The notes below the pieces were generated by a model that worked only from the letters and a program-made list of their open reading frames with translations, had not been told where the DNA came from and did not search any database. 64,000 bases of DNA from an uncultured delta proteobacterium. Its GTDB lineage: Bacteria; Desulfobacterota; Binatia; Binatales; Binataceae. Below, in pieces: positions 35,388-45,036 of this stretch. The number at the start of each line of letters is the position of its first letter. Positions within the stretch are counted from its first letter, which is position 1. The stretch is from assembly GCA_963749215.1 (NCBI GenBank), contig CAVVMA010000018.1:238922-302921 (forward strand), given 5' to 3'. The translations under genes were made by a program, and so were the position numbers.

Positions 35388-35685
35388 GGGCAGTAAACCT
35401 CTTGCCCTGAACGTAAAGGGAATTTCCTCGCTTCTCGCCGATCAGCACAATCGTGACGGCCCTTGCGGTCCTGTCGATGGTGAAAAGCACCCGGTATCGA
35501 CCGAGGAGTCTCAACTCGCGCGGCGCTACTGGGTTGGGCCGCAAGGTCTTCATGTTCCGAGCCTCTTCGAGCGGGTCATTCGCCAGGCGGGCGGCGGCTT
35601 CTCTCAACACGGAACGTCCCGGCTTGCCCAGCGCGCGCAGATCGTCGATCACCGATTCCTCCAGCTCGACGGTCCAAGCCCGCAC
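35365..35685 (-). CDS. RelE/ParE-superfamily toxin, encoded upstream of its antitoxin (HigB-like order)
   Basis: LRPNPVAPRELRLLGRYRVLFTIDRTARAVTIVLIGEKRGNSLY. Overlaps the Phd-like gene by 23 nt. Confidence 0.75.
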   Translation of the reverse strand: MRAWTVELEESVIDDLRALGKPGRSVLREAAARLANDPLEEARNMKTLRPNPVAPRELRLLGRYRVLFTIDRTARAVTIVLIGEKRGNSLYVQGKRFTAHESRSTE

Positions 35686-35769
35686 TCAATTAAGCTAACA
35701 TAGACTATAATTATGGTCTACGCTCGCGCGCTCGGTCTTTGCCCGGCCCGACGACTGCCGGAAGGCGTT

Positions 35770-36391
35770 TCATCGCTTCGCTCCTTGATGAAAGGTCCAG
35801 AAGCGGACGCCGGTGGTACCTGCGGCTTGTCCGTCGACGATCAGCTCGAAGCCCTGGCGGCGATAGAATGCGACGTTGCGCGGCTGCTCGGTTTCCACGT
35901 AGCACGGCGACGCCCTCGCGATGCGCCCGCTGGATCGTCGGCCTGATCAGCTCGCCGCCCAATCCGCGTCTCTGGAGCGCCGGTTCCACGCCGAGCAGAA
36001 GCAGATACCAGTACGGTTCGGTCATGTCGCGCTCGCGCGCGACGGCCTCGTGCCCGACCACTTCGCGAAATCTTGCGATCGCGTCCGCGCCGATCACGCT
36101 CGAAAGCTCATGGAGGCCCGCCGCCTGCACCCGCTCGCGCGTCCATTGAACGCCCGGCGGCAGCCATAGCGCTACGGCCTCCATCGCGCCGGCGGTCGTA
36201 TAGACCTCGCCGGCGAGAACGCCGAAGCGGAGCATCCGAGCGTAGAATTCCGGGAGCATCCGCGCGCGCTCGGCCGCGTCCGGGATCGTATAGAGCATCA
36301 GCGGATCGTTCTGGAACGCCCGCCCGAGTATCGCCGCGGCCGGTCCGATCTGCGATTCCTCGAGGCGTACGATTTCGCTCTTGGTGCTCAT
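35770..36391 (-). pseudogene. GNAT-family N-acetyltransferase with one +1 frame change near 35903
   Basis: YWYLLLLGVEPALQRRGLGGELIRPTIQRAHREGVA, then out of frame. The next frame reads CYVETEQPRNVAFYRRQGFELIV...FWTF and stops at 35770. Confidence 0.75.
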
Positions 36392-36486
36392 TCGATGAAG
36401 TGTATCCGATCGGTTATCAAGACCGCGAGTTCGGCGATCGAGGCGCGCGGTTGTGCCGCCCGGTCGGGTCGCTTATGTAGGAACAG

Positions 36487-37352
36487 ATGAACCGCGAGGA
36501 CTTTTCCTTCGCCAGTACGATCGACGGGCTCGAAATCGCCTGCTACCGATGGGCCACGACGGCGCCGACCGCGTGGCATCGTCCAGATCGCGCACGGGAT
36601 GGGCGAGCATGCGCTGCGCTACGAGCATTTCGCGAGCGCGCTCTCGAACGCGGGCTTCCATGTCTACGCCAACGACCATCGCGGACACGGCCGCACTGCG
36701 CGAAAACCCGAGTCTCTCGGCGACTTCGGCGAGGGCGGATGGAACGCGCTGGTCGCCGACATGGTCACGCTCAGCGAGCTTGCCGCCAGGCGCGACGATG
36801 GACTTCCAATCGTACTGCTCGGCCACAGCATGGGCTCGTTTGCGGCCCAGCAATATATCCTCGATCACAGCCGGCTTATCGCAGGCGTCGCGCTCTCGGG
36901 ATCGGTGGCGGTCGACAAGCTGACGTTCGATCCGTCGCGAGAAGTCGACCTCTCGTCATTCAACCGCGGTATCGAGAATCCCAGGACGGCGTTCGACTGG
37001 CTGAGCCGCGACCCGGCGGTCGTAGACGCGTACGTCGCGGATCCGCGATGCGGTTTCGGCGTGAACGCGCGCGCCGTCCAGTCGATGGCGGCTGCGGCGC
37101 CGCGGCTTGTCGATCCCGCCACAGCTTCGGCGCATCCGGCCGGACCTGCCGATTTACATCTTCGCCGGCGATCGCGATCCCCTCAATCACGATCTCGAAT
37201 GGCTGAAGCCGGTGGCCGAGCGCTACCGGGCGGCGGCGTCAGGAACGTTACCGAGAAATACTACGCGGGTGGCCGTCATGAGATGCTCAACGAAATAAAT
37301 CGCAGCCGAAGTCATTGCCGACTTCCGGAGCTGGCTTCAGCACATCGTGTAG
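36487..37352 (+). pseudogene. Alpha/beta hydrolase (lysophospholipase/monoglyceride-lipase type) with at least 4 frame changes
   Basis: Pieces fall in frames 1, 2, 0, 2, 0. MNREDFSFASTIDGLEIACYRW. IVQIAHGMGEHALRYEHF...DHRGHGRT...LLGHSMGSF. LRRIRPDLPIYIFAGDRDPL...AERYRAA. GVRNVTEKYYAGGRHEMLNEINR. AEVIADFRSWLQHIV*. Confidence 0.8.
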
Positions 37353-37365
37353 GATGCTTCCGAAC

Positions 37366-38292
37366 ATGGATTTTTCCGCGCTCATCCATACCTACTCAAT
37401 CGTCGCGCGCGATCCCGAAACCGCAGAGCTGGGCGTCGCCGTGCAGTCGCATTACTTTGCCGTCGGATCGGTCGTCCCGTGGGTCGAGGCCCATGTCGGC
37501 GCGGTCGCCACCCAGGCGATGGGCGAGCCGAGCTACGGGAGCCGCGGGCTCGATCTGATGCGCGAGGGAAAGAGCGCGGCCGAGGCTCTCGCGCAGTTGC
37601 TCGCAGCCGATGCGGCGCGCGAAACGCGTCAGGTCGCGATGATCGATTCGGCGGGGCGCGTCGCGGCACATACCGGTGCGAACACGGTCGAGTCGGCGGG
37701 GCATATTGTCGGCGACAACTTTTCGGTGCAGGGAAACATGCTGCTCAACGGAAATGTCTGGCCTGCGATGGCGGATGCGTTCGTCGCAACGGCCGGCGAT
37801 CTTGCGGCGCGGATGCTGGCGGCGCTCGATGCGGCCGAAGCGGCCGGCGGCGATATCCGCGGGCGACAATCGGCGGCGCTGGTCGTGGCGAGCGGAAAAC
37901 CCGGCGCCAACAAGTGGGACAAACCCTTCGATCTCAGAGTCGATGACAGCCCCGAGCCGCTGGTGGAGTTGCGCCGGCTCGTCGGCCTGGGGCGCGCGAT
38001 GCTTCATCGCAGCGCCGCCAGCGCGGCCGTGTCGCGGGGTGACTTTGCTGCTGCGCTCGCCGAGCTCGCGGCGGCCGGACGCGCGGCGCCCGACGACGTG
38101 GAGAATCAGTACTGGCGGGCCATTTTGATGGCGGTGACGGGCAGCGTCGAGGAGTCGCTTCCACTGTTCCGCCAGGTCTTCGCGCACAACCGCAACTGGA
38201 TGACGCTGACCAGGCGCCTGCCGAAGTCGGGACTTTTTCCGGACGATCCGGTCTTGCTCGACCGCATTCTCAGGGAATCCGGCGCGAAATAA
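37366..38292 (+). CDS. DUF1028-family (Ntn-hydrolase-fold) protein
   Basis: TYSIVARDPETAELGVAVQSHYFAVGSVVPWVEAHVGAVATQA... The ATG at 37354 is an alternative start. Confidence 0.7.
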   Translation: MDFSALIHTYSIVARDPETAELGVAVQSHYFAVGSVVPWVEAHVGAVATQAMGEPSYGSRGLDLMREGKSAAEALAQLLAADAARETRQVAMIDSAGRVAAHTGANTVESAGHIVGDNFSVQGNMLLNGNVWPAMADAFVATAGDLAARMLAALDAAEAAGGDIRGRQSAALVVASGKPGANKWDKPFDLRVDDSPEPLVELRRLVGLGRAMLHRSAASAAVSRGDFAAALAELAAAGRAAPDDVENQYWRAILMAVTGSVEESLPLFRQVFAHNRNWMTLTRRLPKSGLFPDDPVLLDRILRESGAK

Positions 38293-38314
38293 TGCTGCGC
38301 GGATCGGGCGCGTC

Positions 38315-38329
38315 TGGCACTGCGGTTGC
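38315..38329 (+). promoter_or_regulatory. Consensus sigma-54 (-24/-12) promoter TGGCAC-N5-TTGC
   Basis: TGGCACTGCGGTTGC is an exact match to both conserved blocks with correct spacing. It lies 23 nt after the DUF1028 stop and 96 nt upstream of the E1alpha ATG. Confidence 0.7.
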
Positions 38330-38424
38330 GTCCCGCGACATTTGCCCGTTTCGCACGATCGGGTAGTCTGAATGCAAGACCTGCCACTTCTCCTTCCGGA
38401 GACGCGTGGGAGACGCTCCTGGTG

Positions 38425-39465
38425 ATGCCTGACTCCGACGGCGGCAACGAACCTTCCAGACGACATCGCGCGCCAACGGCTCGCGCGTTGAATACGAGCT
38501 GCAACTTTATTACTGGCTCAAGCTGATCCGCTCGTTCGAAGAGCGCGTCTCGCGGCTCCATCGCCAGAACAAAATCCTGGGCGGGGTCTACTCGGGCGCC
38601 GGACAGGAAGCGATCGTCACGGGAATCTGCGCGCCGCTCCGCGACGGCGATTTCGTCGCGCCGCTCCATCGCGACCTCGGCGTTTTCCTGATTCGCGGCG
38701 TCGATCCGGGCCGCCTGATGGCCCAACTGATGGGCAAGGAGACCGGGTTGTCGCGCGGCAAGGACTCCTTCCTGCACGCCGGCGACCTGGAGCGCGGAAT
38801 ATTCGGCTCGACCTCGATGCTCGGCTCGTCGCTGCCGGTCGCGGTCGGCGCGGCGCTCAAGTTCCAGATCAAAAAGGAAAAGCGCGTCGCGGTCGCATTC
38901 TTTGGCGAGGGCGCGGCCTCGCGCGGCGACGTGCACGAGGCGATGAACTTCGCCGGCGTGCGCAAGCTGCCGGTGATCTTCGTCTGCGAAAACAACCGCT
39001 ACGCCTACTCGACGCCGGTGGAAAAACAGATGGCGATCGAGGACGTTGCCGACCGGGCCACTCGCGTACGGATTCAAGGGGCATGTCTGCTCGGGCAACG
39101 ATCTGCTCGAGGTGCTGGAAACCAGCGAACGCGTGATCGAGCGGGTGCGCGAGAGCGGCGGTCCGTCGCTGATCGAATGTAAGACCTACCGCTATCGCGG
39201 GCACAGCGAGCACGATCCGGCGCTCTATCGCGAGAAGGAGGAATTGCTGCAGTGGGAGAGCCGCGACCCGATTCCGCGTTTCGAGTTCTACCTGGAAAAG
39301 AAAGGCCGCGAGCTGCCGCGGCTGCGCGAGCAGATCGACGAGCGCGTGCAGCGGGTCGTGCAGCAGGCGGTGGACTTCGCCGAGCAGAGCCCGTTTCCCG
39401 AACCTAAAGAAGCACTTGAAGATCTGTATGCAACCCCAGTCGGCCGCGCGGCAGCCAGGAGCTAA
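38425..39465 (+). pseudogene. 2-oxoacid (acetoin/pyruvate/branched-chain) dehydrogenase E1 alpha subunit with two frame changes (~38433-38487 and ~39058)
   Basis: The only ATG (38425) is in frame 1. The body (EYELQLYYWLKLIRSFEERV...GAGQEA...FFGEGAASRGDVHEAMNFA...PVIFVCENNRYA) is in frame 0, which has no start codon. The tail (LAYGFKGHVCSGNDLLEV...TYRYRGHSEHD) is in frame 1. Confidence 0.8.
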
Positions 39466-39486
39466 AGCCGCAGAAAACCAACGCTG

Positions 39487-39545
39487 ATGGAAGAAACCTA
39501 TATCAAGGCGATCAATCAGGCGCTGCACGAAGAGATGCGGCGCGA
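39487..39545 (+). repeat. Duplicate copy of the first 59 nt of the E1beta gene (58/59 identical to 39708-39766)
   Basis: ATGGAAGA(A/G)ACCTATATCAAGGCGATCAATCAGGCGCTGCACGAAGAGATGCGGCGCGA occurs twice, 221 nt apart. Confidence 0.95.
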
Positions 39546-39662
39546 TTCTGTTCCCTCTCCCATGGTCTGGGAGAGGGCCAGGGTGAGGGTCCGTAAGAAG
39601 GTTTTGATTTTTTCCCGTCGGACCCTCACCCCAACCCTCTCCCGGCTCGCGGGAGAGGGCTT
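39546..39662. repeat. Structured repeat element inserted between the two copies of the E1beta 5' end
   Basis: CCCTCTCCCATGGTCTGGGAGAGGGCCAGGGTGAGGG...CCCTCACCCCAACCCTCTCCCGGCTCGCGGGAGAGGG. Shares TTCTGTTCCCTCTCCC with the copy at 57286. Confidence 0.85.
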
Positions 39663-39707
39663 CCAGAGCGCCCTCGCCGACAAATGCTCGGCGTTTGCGT
39701 AGCGGCG

Positions 39708-40688
39708 ATGGAAGAGACCTATATCAAGGCGATCAATCAGGCGCTGCACGAAGAGATGCGGCGCGACGAGAATGTTCTGATGATCGGCGAAGACGTGGCA
39801 GAGCTCGGCGGCGCGTTCAAGGTTACCGAAGGCTTGCTCGAAGCCTTCGGCGAAGACCGCGTGATCGATACGCCGATCTCGGAGACCCTGATCGTCGGCG
39901 CCGGCATCGGCGCGGCCGTGATGGGGATGCGGCCGGTGCTCGAGATGCAGTTCGGCGATTTCATTTCGTGCGCCTTCGATCAGATCGTCAACAGCGCCGC
40001 GACGCTGCGCTACCGGCACGGCGGACGAGCGTCGTGTCCGATCGTGATTCGCGCACCGTCGGGTGCCGGCGTCCACGGCGCGATTTTCCATTCGCAGAAC
40101 ACCGAGGCCTGGTTTGCGCGCGTGCCGGGATTGAAGGTCGTCGCGCCGGCCACTGCCTACGACGCCAAGGGGCTGCTCAAGAGCGCGATCCGCGACGACG
40201 ATCCGGTTATCTTCCTCGAGCACAAGCGGCTTTACCGCAGTATCAAGGAGGACCTGCCCGAGGGTGAGTTCACCGCCCCGATCGGCGTGGCCGAAGTCAG
40301 GCGCGAGGGGCGCGACCTTTCGATAATCACTTACGGCGGCACGCTTCATCAGGCGCTCGACGCGGCGCGAATCGTCGAGAAGGAAGACTCGCTCCGGGTT
40401 GAAGTGCTCGACCTGCGCACGCTGCTGCCGCTCGATCGCGAGGCGATTCTTGCCACTGCGCGCAAGACCGGAAAAGTGCTGATCGTGCACGAGGACCGGC
40501 TGACCGGCGGGATCGGCGGCGAAGTCGCGGCGATAATCGCAGAGCACGCTTTCGGCTTTCTGGACGGCCCGATTCGCCGGCTTGCGGCGGCGGATACGCA
40601 TAACGCGTTCAGCCCGCCGCTGGAGGAATTCATCCTGCCCAACACCAACAAGATCGTCGAAGCGGCCCGCAGCCTGGCGGCTTACTGA
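39708..40688 (+). CDS. 2-oxoacid dehydrogenase E1 beta subunit
   Basis: MEETYIKAINQALHEEMRRDENVLMIGEDV...GAFKVTEGL...RVIDTPISE...APSGAG...HSQ...PGLKVVAP. Start taken at the second copy of the duplicated ATG. Confidence 0.9.
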   Translation: MEETYIKAINQALHEEMRRDENVLMIGEDVAELGGAFKVTEGLLEAFGEDRVIDTPISETLIVGAGIGAAVMGMRPVLEMQFGDFISCAFDQIVNSAATLRYRHGGRASCPIVIRAPSGAGVHGAIFHSQNTEAWFARVPGLKVVAPATAYDAKGLLKSAIRDDDPVIFLEHKRLYRSIKEDLPEGEFTAPIGVAEVRREGRDLSIITYGGTLHQALDAARIVEKEDSLRVEVLDLRTLLPLDREAILATARKTGKVLIVHEDRLTGGIGGEVAAIIAEHAFGFLDGPIRRLAAADTHNAFSPPLEEFILPNTNKIVEAARSLAAY

Positions 40689-40689
40689 G

Positions 40690-42072
40690 ATGGCGCTCGA
40701 CGTGGTGATGCCTCAGATGGGCGAGAGCGTGGTCGAGGGCACCGTCGCCAAGTGGCTCGTGAAAGAAGGCGACCGCGTCAGGGAAGACCAGCCGCTCGCG
40801 GAAATTTCGACCGACAAGGTCGATACCGAAATTCCTTCGCCGGGCGCGGGAGTGATCGCCAGGATCTTGATAGGCGAGGGCGAGACGGTCGCGGTGGGCG
40901 CGCGGCTGGCGGTGATCGAGTCGGTGGCGGGCGCTGCCGCTTCGACCGCTCCGGCCGAATCAGCGGCGCCGCCACCAACGCCGGCGCCGCCGCCATCGCA
41001 GCGTCGTGTGAGTGCGTCGCCGCCGGACCGCCCAGCGGATCGCAGTGATGCGCAGCCGCCGCCGACGGCGACGGCTGCGCGTCCCGGCGCAGAGCCCGCG
41101 CGTGCGCCGGAGGCGGTGCGCCGCTACTCGCCGGTAGTCCTCAAGATGGCCTCCGAACTCGGGATCGATCTCGCCCGTGTTGACGGCACCGGAATCGACG
41201 GCCGTGTCACCCGCCGCGACGTGGAGCGCTACCTTGAGTCGGTTCAGCAGGGTGCCGTCGCGCCTTCGGCGCCATCGCCGCGCGATGGCGCGGCTACCAA
41301 GGCCGCGGCCGGCTCGGCGCCGATCCGACCCGCGGCTGCGCCCTTCAAGCCGCCGATCTACGAGCCACGCGAAGGCAACGTAGTCGAGCCGTTTTCGCGC
41401 CGTCGCAAGGTGATCGCGGAGCACATGGTCTTTTCCAAGACGCATGCTCCGCACGTCGGCACGCTGGCGGAGGTGGACATGACGCGCGTAGCGCGCCTGC
41501 GCGAAGTGCACAAGGTGGCGTTCCAGGCGAGCGAGGGGTTCGCGCTCACGATTTTGCCGCTGGTCGCCGCAGCGACGGTGCGCGCGCTCAAGGAATTTCC
41601 GCGGATGAACGCGTCGGTGGCTGGCGACGCGCTCGTGATCCGCAGGGCGATCAATCTTGGAATCGCGGTCGACACGGAGGAGGGGCTGCTCGTCCCGGTA
41701 GTCAAGTCGGCGGAGGGAATGTCGGTGGTCGGCCTGGCCCGCGAGATCGAGAATCTGCGGCGGAAGGTCGCGGATAAGCGCATCACCGCGGACGATCTTG
41801 CCGGGGGAAGTTTTACCCTTTCCAATCCCGGCCGCGAAGGCAACGCCTATGGGTTTGCGATTATCAATCAGCCGCAGGTCGGAATTCTCAGGATGGGCGA
41901 ACTGAAAAAACGCCCGGTTGTAGTCGAGGCGGACGGCGAGGATGCGATCGCGATCCGCACCATGATGTACCTCGCGCTCTCGTACGACCATCGCGTCGTC
42001 GACGGCGTACTCGGGAATCGCTTCCTGTATCGCGTCGCGCGGATTCTCGAAGCAGGAGACCTTTCCCTATGA
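40690..42072 (+). CDS. Dihydrolipoamide acyltransferase (E2), single lipoyl domain
   Basis: Lipoyl domain [20 protein letters not shown]...[14 protein letters not shown]. Pro/Ala linker. [26 protein letters not shown]. Catalytic [10 protein letters not shown]. Confidence 0.9.
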   Translation: MALDVVMPQMGESVVEGTVAKWLVKEGDRVREDQPLAEISTDKVDTEIPSPGAGVIARILIGEGETVAVGARLAVIESVAGAAASTAPAESAAPPPTPAPPPSQRRVSASPPDRPADRSDAQPPPTATAARPGAEPARAPEAVRRYSPVVLKMASELGIDLARVDGTGIDGRVTRRDVERYLESVQQGAVAPSAPSPRDGAATKAAAGSAPIRPAAAPFKPPIYEPREGNVVEPFSRRRKVIAEHMVFSKTHAPHVGTLAEVDMTRVARLREVHKVAFQASEGFALTILPLVAAATVRALKEFPRMNASVAGDALVIRRAINLGIAVDTEEGLLVPVVKSAEGMSVVGLAREIENLRRKVADKRITADDLAGGSFTLSNPGREGNAYGFAIINQPQVGILRMGELKKRPVVVEADGEDAIAIRTMMYLALSYDHRVVDGVLGNRFLYRVARILEAGDLSL

Positions 42073-43076
42073 CTATGAAAGCGATGGCCGTACATACCCC
42101 GGCGCCGATCGAAACCAACCCGCTGAGCGCGATCGAAGTTCCGGTACCGGAGCCGCGCGCGGGCGAGATTCTGATCCGGGTTCTCACCTGCGGCGTATGC
42201 CGGACCGACCTGCATGTCGCGGAGGGCGACCTGCCGCCGCGGTTGCCGCGAGTGATTCCCGGTCATGAAATTGTCGGCGTGGTCGAGCGATGCGGCGACG
42301 GATGCAAGCGCTTTCGGGCCGGCAATCGGGTCGGAATCGCGTGGCTGCGCGAGACCTGCGGCGCATGCCTCTATTGTCGGCGCGAGCGCGAGAATCTCTG
42401 CCCGAATGCGCGCTTCACCGGCTACGACCATGACGGCGGCTACGCCGAAGCTGCGATTGCCCGCGAGGACTTTGTCTATCCGATTCCCGCCTCGCTTGGT
42501 GACGAAGAAGCCGCGCCGCTGCTCTGCGCGGGGATCATCGGCTACCGCGCGATCAAGCGCGCCTCAGTCCAGCCCGGCTCGACCGTGGGACTGTATGGTT
42601 TCGGCGGCTCAGCCCATATCGCGATCCAGGTGCTGCGTCATTGGGGATGCCGCGTGCTGGTGATGAGCCGCGGCGACAAGCATCGCGAGCTCGCCCAGAG
42701 CCTCGGCGCCGATTGGATCGGCGAGGCGCGCGAACGGCCTCCTAGGCTCCTCGATGCGGCGATTTTGTTCGCGCCGGCCGGCGACCTCGTGCTGCCTGCG
42801 CTCGAAGCTCTCGATCGGGGCGGAATTCTCGCGATCGCCGGAATCTACCTCAGCCCGATTCCGCAGCTCGACTACGAGCGCCATCTTTTCTACGAGAAGG
42901 AACTCCGTAGCGTGACCGCGAACACGCGAGTCGACGGCGAGGAGTTCATGAAAGTCGCCGGGGAGATTCCGATTCGCACCCATACCGCGGCGTTCGGCCT
43001 CGGCGAGGCGAATGTGGCGCTGAACATGCTCAAGCACGACGAGCTCAAGGGCGCCGCAGTGCTGCGGATCAAATAG
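42069..43076 (+). CDS. Zinc-dependent alcohol dehydrogenase (MDR family)
   Basis: [14 protein letters not shown]...PGHEIVGVV...[15 protein letters not shown]...[10 protein letters not shown]. Has a 4-nt overlap with E2. Confidence 0.9.
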   Translation: MTMKAMAVHTPAPIETNPLSAIEVPVPEPRAGEILIRVLTCGVCRTDLHVAEGDLPPRLPRVIPGHEIVGVVERCGDGCKRFRAGNRVGIAWLRETCGACLYCRRERENLCPNARFTGYDHDGGYAEAAIAREDFVYPIPASLGDEEAAPLLCAGIIGYRAIKRASVQPGSTVGLYGFGGSAHIAIQVLRHWGCRVLVMSRGDKHRELAQSLGADWIGEARERPPRLLDAAILFAPAGDLVLPALEALDRGGILAIAGIYLSPIPQLDYERHLFYEKELRSVTANTRVDGEEFMKVAGEIPIRTHTAAFGLGEANVALNMLKHDELKGAAVLRIK

Positions 43077-43153
43077 GGCTCCAGGCGGTCGCTTTATTTC
43101 GACCTCAGATTGACCGGCGCGCGTATCGCTTGCTAACTTCGACTCGGATAATC

Positions 43154-43702
43154 ATGGCCGACGCGAAACATGTCAGTGCACTGAGTAAGGGCGAGGAAAT
43201 CCTGCTCGGCGATACCGCTTTCCTTACCCGTTTGGACAAGGCGATCGGCTGGGCGCGGAAATTCTCGATCTTTCCCTATCCGTTCGCGACCGCGTGCTGC
43301 GCGATGGAATACATGGCGCTGGCCGCGACTCCCTACGATATCGACCGGTTCGGCGCGCTGCTGCCGCGTTTCACGCCGCGTCAGGCTGACCTGCTGATGG
43401 TGGTCGGCACGGTGTCGATTCGTCAGGGGCCCATTCTCAAGCGCGTCTATGATCAGATGGCGGAGCCGAAATGGGTGATGGCCTTCGGCGCGTGCGCGTC
43501 GACCGGCGGCTTCTACGACAATTACGCTACGCTGCCGGGAATCGATCGGATCGTCCCGGTGGATGTGTATGTTCCTGGATGCCCGCCGCGCCCCGAAGGC
43601 GTGCTCGACGCCCTGATGGCATTGCAACGCAAAATCCAGGGCCAGAAGCAGAAGCTCGGCGCGCTGCGGGAAAAACATCAGGCCGCGACCGGCGCCCGCT
43701 AG
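43154..43702 (+). CDS. nuoB: NADH-quinone oxidoreductase subunit B (20 kDa, N2 cluster)
   Basis: FATACCAMEYMA...DRFG...PRQADLLMVVGT...KWVMAFGACASTGG...VPVDVYVPGCPPRPE. Confidence 0.9.
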   Translation: MADAKHVSALSKGEEILLGDTAFLTRLDKAIGWARKFSIFPYPFATACCAMEYMALAATPYDIDRFGALLPRFTPRQADLLMVVGTVSIRQGPILKRVYDQMAEPKWVMAFGACASTGGFYDNYATLPGIDRIVPVDVYVPGCPPRPEGVLDALMALQRKIQGQKQKLGALREKHQAATGAR

Positions 43703-43716
43703 TCACCGCATCCTCG

Positions 43717-45036
43717 ATGGAGAGAATCCTAACCCGCTGGTTGGACATTCCCGACCTGCGCCGTCTCGAAGTGTACGAGGCGCACGGGGGTTACAAGGCG
43801 TTGCGCAAGGCGCTCACCGAGATGACGCCGGAGCAGATCGTCAACGAAGTTAAAGCGTCGAATCTGCGCGGCAGGGGAGGGGCCGCGTTCCCGACCGGCG
43901 TGAAGTGGAGCTTTATCCCGAAGGACTCGAAGAAACCCGTCTACATGTGCTGCAACGCGGACGAATCCGAGCCCGGCACGTTCTGCAATCGCTACGAGCT
44001 GGAAAACGATCCGCACGGCATAATCGAGGGAATCCTGATCACCTGCCGCGCGGTGGGCTCCCACGTTGCCTACGTGTACATACGCGGCGAGTTCAACGCG
44101 CAGAAGCGCATCCTGGACGCCGCGATTGCCGAAGCGCGCGCCGGCGGCTACGTCGGTCCCGACGTGATGGGCTCGGGATTCGCCGTGGAGATTTACACCC
44201 ATCGCGGCGCCGGCGCCTACGTATGCGGCGAGGAGAGCGGGCTGCTCGAATCGCTGGAGGGCAAGCGCGGCTATCCGCGCAATCGGCCGCCGTTCCCCGC
44301 CATTCATGGAGCATTCGGATGCCCCACGGTCGTCAACAATGTCGAGACGATGCACAACGTGCCGCATATCATCGCGCGCGGCGCCGACTGGTTTCGCTCG
44401 ATCGGTCCTGAGAAAAGTCCGGGACCGAAAATTTTCTGCCTGTCCGGTCATATCAACAAGCCGGGAATCTACGAGCTGCCGATGGGCTTTCCGCTCAAGG
44501 ACCTGATTTATGAGGTTGGCGGTGGAATCAGCGACGGCCGCAAACTCAAGGCCGTGATTCCGGGCGGAATATCGTTCCCGCCCTTCACTGCCGAAGAGGC
44601 CGTCAAGGTCAACATGGATTTCGACTCGGTGCGCGCCGCGGGTTCTCTGATGGGCACGGCGGGCGTGATGGTGATGCACGACGGGACCTGCATGGTCGAC
44701 GCGCTGCGGACCGCCGCCCATTTCTTCCATCATGAATCGTGCGGCCAGTGCACGCCGTGCCGCGAAGGCACCGGATGGATCGAGAAGCTGCTCACCGAGA
44801 TCGAGGCCGGCCGCGGCCGGATGGAAGATCTGGACACGCTGATCTCCGCTGCCACCAACATGGAAGGCAACACGATCTGCGTGCTCGCCGACAGCCTCTC
44901 GATGCCGGTCAAGGGCTTCGTGCCGAAGTTCAAGGACGAGTTTATCGAGCACATCCGGCTCGGCCGCTGCCCGGTCCGCGATTCGGAGCAAAGAGCCACT
45001 ACGCTGATTGGCGAAGGCAATCGTCCCAATGCCTAA
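43717..45036 (+). CDS. nuoF: NADH-quinone oxidoreductase subunit F (51 kDa, FMN/NADH site)
   Basis: SNLRGRGGAAFPTGVKW...YMCCNADESEPGTF...GAGAYVCGEESGLLESLEG...HESCGQCTPCREG. Confidence 0.95.
   Translation: MERILTRWLDIPDLRRLEVYEAHGGYKALRKALTEMTPEQIVNEVKASNLRGRGGAAFPTGVKWSFIPKDSKKPVYMCCNADESEPGTFCNRYELENDPHGIIEGILITCRAVGSHVAYVYIRGEFNAQKRILDAAIAEARAGGYVGPDVMGSGFAVEIYTHRGAGAYVCGEESGLLESLEGKRGYPRNRPPFPAIHGAFGCPTVVNNVETMHNVPHIIARGADWFRSIGPEKSPGPKIFCLSGHINKPGIYELPMGFPLKDLIYEVGGGISDGRKLKAVIPGGISFPPFTAEEAVKVNMDFDSVRAAGSLMGTAGVMVMHDGTCMVDALRTAAHFFHHESCGQCTPCREGTGWIEKLLTEIEAGRGRMEDLDTLISAATNMEGNTICVLADSLSMPVKGFVPKFKDEFIEHIRLGRCPVRDSEQRATTLIGEGNRPNA

Noticed and set aside
39487-39702. 71-aa ORF upstream of E1beta as a genuine small gene.
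   Set aside because: Its first 20 codons are a duplicate of the E1beta start and the rest is translation of the repeat element. It is treated as a by-product of the insertion/duplication and reported as a finding, not as a CDS.
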